Of a stretch of DNA of 64,000 nucleotides, positions 46,277-54,595 are shown piece by piece. The stretch is from an uncultured Bacillales bacterium. GTDB taxonomy: Bacteria; Bacillota_I; Bacilli_A; RF39; UBA660. Numbering within the stretch: the stretch's first letter is position 1; the number at the start of each line of letters is the position of its first letter. The stretch is from contig CAOJRT010000005.1 in the NCBI GenBank assembly GCA_948442255.1, positions 533 through 64,532 on the forward strand, in the 5' to 3' direction. The translations under genes and the position numbers were made by a program. Under the pieces are notes generated by a model. The model saw only the letters and a list, made by a program, of their open reading frames with translations, did not search any database and was not told the DNA's origin.

Positions 46277-48814
46277 TTACTCTGTACGTAATGCTTCCAC
46301 TGGGTCTTTTTTAGAAGCAATCTTGGCAGGTATAAATCCGGCTACAACGGTTAAAATAACACTAATTAAAATCAAAACAATTGCTCCTACAAAAGGTAAC
46401 TTAGCAATGTTACTAATATTAAGTGCCGATTTAATAATCGCATTAATTGGAATGGTCAGTAAGAATGTAACTACAATACCAAGTACACCAGCTGTTAAAC
46501 CTTCTATTAATGTCTCTGCATTAAATACACGAGAGATGTCTCTTTTTGAAGCTCCTATGGCCCTTAAAATACCAATTTCTTTTGTTCTTTCAATAACAGA
46601 AATATACGTAATAATAGCTATCATAATAGAAGATACAATTAAAGAAATAGCAACAAAGGCAATTAAAACACTACTTATAACATTTACAATAGTAGAAACA
46701 GAACTCATCATAATCCCAACCATATCAGTATATTTAATTTGTTCTCCTTCACTTTTTCCCGCATTATAAGAATCTATTATCTTCGTAATTTCTTCCTTAG
46801 AATCAAAATCTTTTGGGTAAATATAAATAGAATCGGGGTCATCTAAATTTGCAACACCTAACTTTTTTAGATTGCCTTCATAACTAGCATTCATACTCTC
46901 TTTATAAACGGCAAGTTCTTCAGAAGATAAATTTTTAAGTGCAGCTAATTGTTCTTTTGTTAAAGAATTCAAATTAAATTCTGATAGAGTTTCACTAAAC
47001 TCTAGACCAGTAAAAATATTTTTCTTTGGATTCTCTAGTTGTTCTTTTACTATAGAAGACGAATTTATTTTTTGAATTAAATGTTCCCATAAAGCATGTG
47101 TATAATAAACAAATCCCATGTTGTTTTCGTTTCCGACAGCCTCTTCATTAGCTTTAATTATACCAACTACCTTAATTTCGTCTGCTTCCTCTAACACTTT
47201 TTTCATATAGTCTTCATCATTTGATTTATCTAACCAAATACCATTACTTTTCACATAAAAATCTGTATTAGAAACAAGTTTAAAAGATAGTTTTAGTAAT
47301 TCTTCTGTTGTATATGCTGTTTGTTCAAAATGTACTTCTTTCCCTTCTGTCATTTGACTAAATTGTTTTTTTAAATCTTCTTGATTTAAAAGACCTAAAG
47401 AATAAAGTGTATAGTCTGAGATCTCATTGTTTTTATTCACAACTAAAACCACTTCATTATAGGCTTTTGGCCATCTACCAGCGACTACATCATATTGTTG
47501 CTCGTTTAAAGCTTGGTTGTCCATCAACTCTAAAAACACATCATAGTTACCTGTCATATCAGAGTATACACTAGAAATTCCTGTAGTAGGCATCCCTATC
47601 GCATCCATAATTGTTGTTGGATTTACTTTTATTACTTTATTTGCATCATTTTTATATAAATGCAACGAAATATCATACCCATAACGAATATCAGATACAT
47701 ATTCTTTTATTTTTGTTTCATCACTCTCAAAGTATTCTTTTAAAGACTTCAAATCATTTTTCTCTACTTTAATAGAAGAAAACATATTTCCCATAATGTT
47801 ATTGGCATGAATCAAATCATCATCATATTGGTTTTTACTTCCGTCTCCCATAAGAGCATTTAACATCGTAGACATTTCAACGGAATCTTTTTTTATCATC
47901 AAAGGGTAAGAACTTAAAGTTTCTTCTTCTGTCTTCGTTATATAATTTTGGATACCATTTGATAAAGAAAGAATAAGAGCTATTCCAATGATACCAATCG
48001 ATCCAGCAAATGCAGTAAGAATGGTTCTGCCTTTTTTCGTCATTAAATTATTCAAACTTAAAGAAAATGCTGTTTTAAAATTCATTTTACTTTTTTTGCT
48101 TTTTCTTATCTTTTCTTCTTTTTTCTCTTCTTTTCCGTCAAAAGGATTAGAATCATCTAAAATTTCTCCATCTAACACTTTGACAATACGTGTAGAATAC
48201 TCTTCTGCAAGTTCAGGGTTATGAGTAACCATAATAACGAGTTTATCTTTAGCAATCTCACTTAACAAATTCATAATCTGTACACTTGTTTCTGAATCCA
48301 AAGCTCCTGTTGGCTCATCAGCAAGTAAAATATCAGGATTATTCACCAACGCACGAGCAATCGCAATTCTCTGCATTTGACCACCAGACATTTGATTAGG
48401 TTTTTTATGCATTTGATTCGAAAGTCCTACCTTTTTAAGAACTTGTATTGCTCTTTTTCTTCTTTCTTCTTTTCCTACACCAGATAAAGTAAGTGCAAGT
48501 TCTACATTTTGTAAAGCAGTTTGATGAGGAATCAAGTTATAACTTTGAAAAACAAAGCCAACTCGATGATTACGATAGGTATCCCAATCTCGATCGGTAA
48601 AATCTTTAGTTGAAATACCATTGATAATTAAATCTCCAGAGGTATAGTCATCTAATCCCCCAATAATGTTTAACATCGTTGTCTTTCCACTTCCACTTTG
48701 TCCTAAAATAGATACAAATTCACTCTTACGAAAAGCAATATCTATCTTATTTAAAGCTTTTTGTTTTGTGGAAGCAACCTCATAAACTTTTGTTATCTTT
48801 TTTAATTCTAACAT
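46277..48814 (-). CDS. MacB-type fused ABC transporter (N-terminal ATPase + FtsX permease with a ~400-aa extracytoplasmic domain)
   Basis: GQSGSGKTT, MSGGQMQR and LLADEPTGALD, then a TM helix, a large loop and 3 TM helices. An ATG at 48814 follows AAGGAGA. Confidence 0.88.
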   Translation of the reverse strand: MLELKKITKVYEVASTKQKALNKIDIAFRKSEFVSILGQSGSGKTTMLNIIGGLDDYTSGDLIINGISTKDFTDRDWDTYRNHRVGFVFQSYNLIPHQTALQNVELALTLSGVGKEERRKRAIQVLKKVGLSNQMHKKPNQMSGGQMQRIAIARALVNNPDILLADEPTGALDSETSVQIMNLLSEIAKDKLVIMVTHNPELAEEYSTRIVKVLDGEILDDSNPFDGKEEKKEEKIRKSKKSKMNFKTAFSLSLNNLMTKKGRTILTAFAGSIGIIGIALILSLSNGIQNYITKTEEETLSSYPLMIKKDSVEMSTMLNALMGDGSKNQYDDDLIHANNIMGNMFSSIKVEKNDLKSLKEYFESDETKIKEYVSDIRYGYDISLHLYKNDANKVIKVNPTTIMDAIGMPTTGISSVYSDMTGNYDVFLELMDNQALNEQQYDVVAGRWPKAYNEVVLVVNKNNEISDYTLYSLGLLNQEDLKKQFSQMTEGKEVHFEQTAYTTEELLKLSFKLVSNTDFYVKSNGIWLDKSNDEDYMKKVLEEADEIKVVGIIKANEEAVGNENNMGFVYYTHALWEHLIQKINSSSIVKEQLENPKKNIFTGLEFSETLSEFNLNSLTKEQLAALKNLSSEELAVYKESMNASYEGNLKKLGVANLDDPDSIYIYPKDFDSKEEITKIIDSYNAGKSEGEQIKYTDMVGIMMSSVSTIVNVISSVLIAFVAISLIVSSIMIAIITYISVIERTKEIGILRAIGASKRDISRVFNAETLIEGLTAGVLGIVVTFLLTIPINAIIKSALNISNIAKLPFVGAIVLILISVILTVVAGFIPAKIASKKDPVEALRTE

Positions 48815-48861
48815 ATGAAATCTCCTTATTTTCTTATACATACTATTCCGTATTAGATAGA

Positions 48862-48890
48862 ATTTTACTCTTTTATTAAAAGAGTGTCAA
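48862..48890 (-). promoter_or_regulatory. Sigma-A-type promoter of the MacB-type transporter with a palindromic spacer
   Basis: The minus strand reads TTGACA-17 nt-TAAAAT. The 19-nt perfect palindrome ACTCTTTTA-A-TAAAAGAGT (48867..48885) fills the spacer. Confidence 0.55.
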
Positions 48891-48967
48891 TCCATTCTAT
48901 TAAATAAGAAAAATTTTTTATCTTATTAGAAGTGTGCTATAATAAATCCTAGTGAAGGGGAGAAAAC

Positions 48968-49750
48968 ATGATTGTAGTAAGAACAGAAGAAGAGATTAAT
49001 AAATTACGTATTGCCGGAAAAGTAGTTGGTTTAACACATAAATATCTTGAACAATTTTTAAAACCAGGGATTACAACAAAAGAATTAGATAGATTAGCTA
49101 AAGAATTTATTGAAAAAAAAGGGTGCACCTGTTCTTTTGAAGGACTCTATGGATTCCCAGGATCTATTTGCATTAGTATTAATAATGAAGTAGTACATGG
49201 TATACCTGGAAATAGAAAGCTAAAAGAAGGCGATATTGTTAAATTAGATATTGGTGCTTGTTATGAAGGATACCATGGAGACTCAGCTTGGAGTTACATT
49301 GTGGGAAAACCAAATACAAAAAAAGACGAAAGTTTACTAAAGGAAACAGAAGAAGCCTTAATGGCTGGATTAGGAGCTATTCATAATGGCTGCACAACGG
49401 GCGATATTGGACATTCTGTAGAAAAAGTAGCAAAAAAATATAATCTAGGGATAGTAAGAGAATTAGTCGGTCATGGCGTTGGCGATAAAGTGCATTTAGA
49501 GCCAGATGTCCCTAATTATGGAAAAGAACGAAAAGGCCCTGTTTTGCATACAGGCAATGTTATTGCTGTAGAACCAATGTTAAATCTAGGAAGTCGTGAT
49601 ATTTATATGTTAGAGGATGAGTGGACAATCGTTACAGATGATGACTCTAACAGTGCCCATTTTGAACATACTGTATTAATAACTGAAAATGGCTATGAAA
49701 TTTTAACAAGACGAGATGTAGAACTAGAGGAAGAAGATAAAAAAAACTAA
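48968..49750 (+). CDS. map: Type I methionine aminopeptidase
   Basis: VVHGIPG, DIGACYEGYHGD, GHGVG, EPM and EHT metal-ligand pattern. TGcTATAAT extended -10 upstream. Confidence 0.93.
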   Translation: MIVVRTEEEINKLRIAGKVVGLTHKYLEQFLKPGITTKELDRLAKEFIEKKGCTCSFEGLYGFPGSICISINNEVVHGIPGNRKLKEGDIVKLDIGACYEGYHGDSAWSYIVGKPNTKKDESLLKETEEALMAGLGAIHNGCTTGDIGHSVEKVAKKYNLGIVRELVGHGVGDKVHLEPDVPNYGKERKGPVLHTGNVIAVEPMLNLGSRDIYMLEDEWTIVTDDDSNSAHFEHTVLITENGYEILTRRDVELEEEDKKN

Positions 49751-49775
49751 AAAAGAAGGACACCCCTTCTTTTTA
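49751..49775. terminator. Bidirectional terminator between map and the surface-protein gene
   Basis: AAAAAGAAGG-acacc-CCTTCTTTTT. Confidence 0.65.
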
Positions 49776-52700
49776 TTATTCTATAGAAAATATTTTTTTG
49801 AATTTTTTCTTATATAGAACTAAAAGAACAAACATTCCTATTAAAATAGAAAAGAATAAAAGAATTTTAGCTCCCGTATTTGGGTTTTCTGTTTTTCTCC
49901 ATGCGGCATAATATATTAAACCATCTGTATCTAAGGCAGTGCCAGAAACAAATTTATCTCCTTTTCCTTCTTTTTCAGAAAACCATCCTAAAAATTCAAA
50001 TAAACCTGTATCACTTGCAAAGTCTTTTTTTTCTTCTTTTTCTACTTCATCATTCGGAAAGAAATATATAATATCCTCTTCTTCTCCATCAATAAAAGTT
50101 ACTTTCATAACAGGAGTCCAAAACATTTCTTTAGTTTCTGTATTATAACGTAAACGATACTCACTATGATAAGGATTTACAAATAAAAGACATTTAGCAT
50201 TCATCTCTTTATAATTTGTCTCAAAATCAATAGCAAATACAGGTATTTTAATATCTTGTTCTATCTCTTCGTTAAAAATACCCGCTTCTTCCATTAAATA
50301 GAAATCTTTTCCAAGCTTGATATTATTTAATTGATTTAAGTAAATGGAATAATCCCCAACGGAAGTAACAATTGTCTCCCCATCTAAAGTAAAAGGTCCC
50401 ATTAAAGCAACATTCGTATCGGTACGTATCGTATCTCCTTTATAAGTAGCATATCCCCCAGTAAATAAAGTAATGTCCTTATTTAAAGCGGAAAAGATAA
50501 TTTCTGTATTTTCAACAAAAATTGCTTTTTGATCATCTACATCCTCTCCTGTAATTGAAAAAGCTTCTCCATTATTAGTATAAATATAAAGATTGGAATC
50601 TCTAATTTCTATGTCAAACTCTTCTTCATACCCTGCTTGTAAACGCCCACCAATATAATTCATATGGTCAAATATAAGCTTCTTATAAGCCCATACACCT
50701 GCTCGATCATCATCCGTTTCACTCGCTAATTGATCCTTTTCCCCAATTTTAATTTCGCTATTTTTAGCATCTATATTTTTATAAACCCGAATAAAATCCA
50801 AATAAGGAGAAGAACTATCTTTCGACAACTCCATTTTAGTTCCATCTAAAACAAGAACTCCTTCACAAGTAAAAGCAGGGGCTTCCCCATCATGCGCAAC
50901 TTCCAAATTAGAGTTTGTAATCGTTGCATTATTATGGAAAATAAAAGGTCCTCCAAAATAAGTTACATTATCAAGATTCGCTTCTTTAGTTACATATATT
51001 TCAGCATCCTTACTTGTTTTTAATGTACCATGCTCTCTTGTCTCCATTTCTACATCTTTCATAGTTAAAGTTCCTTTAATTTGAAAAAAAGAATTAGATT
51101 TTGTCGCACTTTCTGGAGCTCTTTTGAGCTTTGAATTAATAATTTCTGTATTTTGCGAACTTAAACTGGCTGTTCCTGCATCTTGAAATATTTCTAAATT
51201 AGAATCTACAATACGAACTTCACCACCACTATTATAGCTTCCAACAATCATGACGCCTCCCCTGTAGTTGACATTATTCCAATTCAGATTTCCAGAAATA
51301 CTTATTTCTGCTGCTCCGTTTGTTTTTATAGTTCCACGTTCTCTAGAAACGACTTCTACATTTGTAAAAATACAATCTTTTTGTGTCAAAATAAAGGCAT
51401 TATTTTTCGCTTCCGCATTTAATTTGTTTTTTATAATTTTAGAATCATTTGCTATCAAAGTTCCTGTTACAGGAGTTACAAAAGGACCAGCACTTACATA
51501 AAAGCAAGTCTGCCCTCCAGAGCAAAAAATTTCAATAGAAGAAGAATTTACAGTCGCATCTCCATAGACTAATAAGGGACCTCCCTCATAGGTAACATCT
51601 GTAAACTGCATACTTTTAATCTTCATATCTTCATAATTTTTATCAGGATTTAAGAAATTAAGAGTCGAATTTTCCGCTATAACTTCTGCACTAGGTGCCG
51701 TAATAGAAATATTACTATTAATAGCCTGAATAGAAGAATCTTTTATAGTAACATTAATACATCCTCCTCCATTAAGAAGTGTAAAAATAGTTTCTATTTC
51801 ACTATCTGTTATCGTAACAGTTTTAGAATAACCTAATAAAGCCGTTCCATTAGTAGATTTTGTCTTATCATGTTTTAAAACATGGCAATTATCTATAACG
51901 ACATTTCTAAATCCAGAAACAAGTTCACCAGCTATTGTAAGTGTGCTATCTTTAAACAAAATATCTGCCGAATAGTCAGCTGTTGAACTATAAGGTCCCA
52001 AAAGATTGAAAGAAGATCCACCATTAGAGAGCAGAACAAATTCACAGTTTTCTATAAGCGTTTGCTTCGTAGCTCCAGAGCGTATTTCAATACGGGCTAA
52101 ATTTGTTAAAGAGGAATTCTTCGCAACCAACCAATTCGTACTAATAGAAGGATCCGCTCCTAATTCTTCTTTTGTTATTGATATTTGACTATCCGTTATA
52201 GTAAGCTCACTTGTTGCAGAACTTACATTTGTCCCAAAAAATAGTTTGGAATCTGAGGTAATCGTTGAGTTTTGAATAGAACCTATACTATTAGCCATAT
52301 ACCGAATAGCACAATCCGAAGCTGTATAAAAATGAAGCGTAGAATCAACTATATCCACCAAACTAGAAACATACATACTTGTTATTTTTAAATCCGCGTT
52401 TTTATATTTAGCAGCACCTACCACAAAAGAAGCAGCACCTGCATGATTAATATCATTGACAGAAGAATCATATATTTCTAACGTTCCAGAAGTTATAATT
52501 AAATTACGCCAAGCAGAAGCATTATAACTCATATGTTTTAAAATAATATTTTCAAATCCTTCTGCTAAAGAAAAATCAATATCGATACTATTACCATCTT
52601 TTGAATCAAATATGTAAAGATTTCCGTTCGTTCCATAAAAAGCAGCGTTAATAGTTCCTAAGTAATTTGCTGGTACTCCTTCACTTTCCCAGTTGGCCCA

Positions 52701-52973
52701 GCCACCATACGTTAGCTTATGTCCGTTTAAATCAATATAGACTGACTCTCCCTTATTTAAGTTACTTGTCATTTGTTTATCAAAATAATAGTCTCCTTTT
52801 AATTCATAATAACCAGCTGTTAAAGTAGTTCCCACACTAGAAAGATCAGTCCAAGTAATACCAGAGGTATTCTTAAGGGTATCCACGTCAAAATCTTCTG
52901 CTTTTGCTTGATTTATAAAAACGAAAAAAGCAGCGAATAAAAGAATAAAAATAGGAAACACCTGTCGCCTCAT
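49776..52973 (-). CDS. Large cell-wall-anchored surface protein: signal peptide, beta-helix-like repeats, Listeria-Bacteroides (Flg_new) repeat, NPNTG sorting signal
   Basis: Signal peptide ..FINQAKA/EDF. Ser/Thr/Asn/Ile-rich repetitive body. VTFIDGEE..FEFLGWFSEKEG..DTDGLIYYAAW is the InlB-B/Flg_new repeat pattern. The C-terminus is NPNTG, a hydrophobic helix and KKKFKK. ATG at 52973. Confidence 0.8.
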   Translation of the reverse strand: MRRQVFPIFILLFAAFFVFINQAKAEDFDVDTLKNTSGITWTDLSSVGTTLTAGYYELKGDYYFDKQMTSNLNKGESVYIDLNGHKLTYGGWANWESEGVPANYLGTINAAFYGTNGNLYIFDSKDGNSIDIDFSLAEGFENIILKHMSYNASAWRNLIITSGTLEIYDSSVNDINHAGAASFVVGAAKYKNADLKITSMYVSSLVDIVDSTLHFYTASDCAIRYMANSIGSIQNSTITSDSKLFFGTNVSSATSELTITDSQISITKEELGADPSISTNWLVAKNSSLTNLARIEIRSGATKQTLIENCEFVLLSNGGSSFNLLGPYSSTADYSADILFKDSTLTIAGELVSGFRNVVIDNCHVLKHDKTKSTNGTALLGYSKTVTITDSEIETIFTLLNGGGCINVTIKDSSIQAINSNISITAPSAEVIAENSTLNFLNPDKNYEDMKIKSMQFTDVTYEGGPLLVYGDATVNSSSIEIFCSGGQTCFYVSAGPFVTPVTGTLIANDSKIIKNKLNAEAKNNAFILTQKDCIFTNVEVVSRERGTIKTNGAAEISISGNLNWNNVNYRGGVMIVGSYNSGGEVRIVDSNLEIFQDAGTASLSSQNTEIINSKLKRAPESATKSNSFFQIKGTLTMKDVEMETREHGTLKTSKDAEIYVTKEANLDNVTYFGGPFIFHNNATITNSNLEVAHDGEAPAFTCEGVLVLDGTKMELSKDSSSPYLDFIRVYKNIDAKNSEIKIGEKDQLASETDDDRAGVWAYKKLIFDHMNYIGGRLQAGYEEEFDIEIRDSNLYIYTNNGEAFSITGEDVDDQKAIFVENTEIIFSALNKDITLFTGGYATYKGDTIRTDTNVALMGPFTLDGETIVTSVGDYSIYLNQLNNIKLGKDFYLMEEAGIFNEEIEQDIKIPVFAIDFETNYKEMNAKCLLFVNPYHSEYRLRYNTETKEMFWTPVMKVTFIDGEEEDIIYFFPNDEVEKEEKKDFASDTGLFEFLGWFSEKEGKGDKFVSGTALDTDGLIYYAAWRKTENPNTGAKILLFFSILIGMFVLLVLYKKKFKKIFSIE
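50358..51602 (-). repeat. Four tandem ~100-108-aa protein-level repeats inside the surface protein
   Basis: The units begin at TDVTYEGGP (aa 461), NNVNYRGGV (aa 569), DNVTYFGGP (aa 671) and DHMNYIGGR (aa 772). Each is followed by a [ST]SN[LI]E[IV]-type strand. Confidence 0.65.
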
Positions 52974-53100
52974 TAAAATCACTATCCTTTTTTTATTATA
53001 ACATTATTTATAGTATTTTGACAAACAATCAAATTTATACACAAAATCCGTTTTGCATAAATTAAACTTGCTTAGCAAAAATAGAAAATTTCCTTTTACT

Positions 53101-53129
53101 TTGACTTTTCCGATTCCCTATTATATAAT
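53101..53129 (+). promoter_or_regulatory. Near-consensus sigma-A promoter of pyk
   Basis: TTGACT-17 nt-TATAAT, 32 nt upstream of the pyk ATG. Confidence 0.7.
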
Positions 53130-53161
53130 GAGATGCGTACTGAATGAAAGGAAGTAATAAT

Positions 53162-54568
53162 ATGAAAAAGACAAAAATAATTTGTTCTATTGGTCCTTCT
53201 ACCCAAAACTGGGAGGCATTTCAAGGATTAATAAAAGCTGGTATGAATGTAGCAAGAATTAATTTTTCTCACGCTACTATGGAAGAAAGGGCTTTAGATG
53301 AAAGTTTAGTTTACAAAGCAAGAAAAGAACTAAAAGCCAATATCGCTATTTTATATGACACAAAAGGACCTGATTTAAGAACATGTAGTTTTAAAGAGGA
53401 AACAATTGAATTAATAAAAGGAAATAAAATTCGTATCTTAGAAGAAGACTTAGGAGACCAAGGTACACAATCTGCTATTTCATTTAATTATAGAAATGTA
53501 GTAAAAGACCTAACCCTAGGACAAGAAATTCTATTAGATGATGGTTTCTATAAATTGGTAGTCACTTCTATCGAAGCAGATGGGGTTACTTGTGAAATTA
53601 AAAACTCTGGAACAATAAAATCAAGAAGAGGAGTTTGTATTCCTGGAATAAAGTTAGATGTTCCTTATGTATCTGAAAAAGATAAAGAAGATATTAAATA
53701 TGCGTGTGAAAAAGAAGGGGATTATTTAGCCATTTCTTTTGTGAATAGTGCTGAAAATATAAGAGAAGTAAGAGCTCTTTGTAAAGAATTTGGTTGTCCT
53801 AACATGCCAATTATCTCTAAAGTAGAAACGCAATATGCGATGGATAATTTAAAGGAAATCGTTGCCGAATCAGATTATATCATGATTGCTCGTGGAGATT
53901 TAGGTATTGAAACAGGTATTGAAAATTTACCATTATATCAACAAATGATGATTGATGAATGCCATGCGCAAGGAAAGGGCGTAATTATGGCAACACAAAT
54001 GATGACTTCAATGAAGAAAAGCATTCGTCCTACAAATGCTGAGGTAACTGATGTTGCAAATGCAATATTACGTGGTTGTGATGCCATTATGACAAGCGAT
54101 GAAACAACTATAGGGGATTATCCTGTAGAAACCATTGAAGCTATGGCAAAAATTGCAAAGAGTGCTGAACAAATTACTCAATATAATCTTAACGATTACA
54201 AACTACTTGGTTCAGCAATTCATAATACAATTGCCAAATGTGCTGTTGATGCAACAAAGGAACTTCCTATTAAAGCTATTGTTGCTTCTACATTAACAGG
54301 AAAAACGGCACAAGATTTATCCTCTTTACGCCCAAACTCTTTAATCGTTGCTGCTGTCACATCAGAAAAAGTAGCACGTAGTTTAGCCCTAAAATGGGGA
54401 ATTTACCCTATTCTTGTTCCAAATTTAAATTCAACAGATGATATCGTAATAAACGGAGTCCAAGCAACTAAGGAACTAATGCAACTACAAAATGGCGACT
54501 TAGTAGCTGTCATTGGTGGTTTCCCAAGCGAAGCTCATACAAACTTCTTAAAAATTGATCAAATATAA
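53162..54568 (+). CDS. pyk: Pyruvate kinase
   Basis: MKKTKIICSIGPS, NVARINFSH, DTKGP, MIARGDLG and MATQML motifs. An ATG at 53162 follows AAAGGAAG (the ORF track starts at 53144). Confidence 0.95.
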   Translation: MKKTKIICSIGPSTQNWEAFQGLIKAGMNVARINFSHATMEERALDESLVYKARKELKANIAILYDTKGPDLRTCSFKEETIELIKGNKIRILEEDLGDQGTQSAISFNYRNVVKDLTLGQEILLDDGFYKLVVTSIEADGVTCEIKNSGTIKSRRGVCIPGIKLDVPYVSEKDKEDIKYACEKEGDYLAISFVNSAENIREVRALCKEFGCPNMPIISKVETQYAMDNLKEIVAESDYIMIARGDLGIETGIENLPLYQQMMIDECHAQGKGVIMATQMMTSMKKSIRPTNAEVTDVANAILRGCDAIMTSDETTIGDYPVETIEAMAKIAKSAEQITQYNLNDYKLLGSAIHNTIAKCAVDATKELPIKAIVASTLTGKTAQDLSSLRPNSLIVAAVTSEKVARSLALKWGIYPILVPNLNSTDDIVINGVQATKELMQLQNGDLVAVIGGFPSEAHTNFLKIDQI

Positions 54569-54572
54569 AAAA

Positions 54573-54595
54573 AATTCCAATCATGGAATTTTTTT
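54573..54595. terminator. Bidirectional terminator between pyk and the PBP gene
   Basis: AATTCCA-atca-TGGAATT flanked by A7 and T5; overlaps the PBP stop codon. Confidence 0.7.

Noticed and set aside
46266-46769. 167-aa plus-strand ORF inside the MacB-type permease. There are similar antisense ORFs in ftsW (26613..26972), mraY/PBP (28622..28846, 29234..29650), the surface protein (49880..52188 set) and the PBP (54915..55425).
   Set aside because: These are fully embedded antisense to well-supported genes. They have hydrophobic or low-complexity translations typical of the reverse frame of AT-rich membrane-protein genes, and no RBS.
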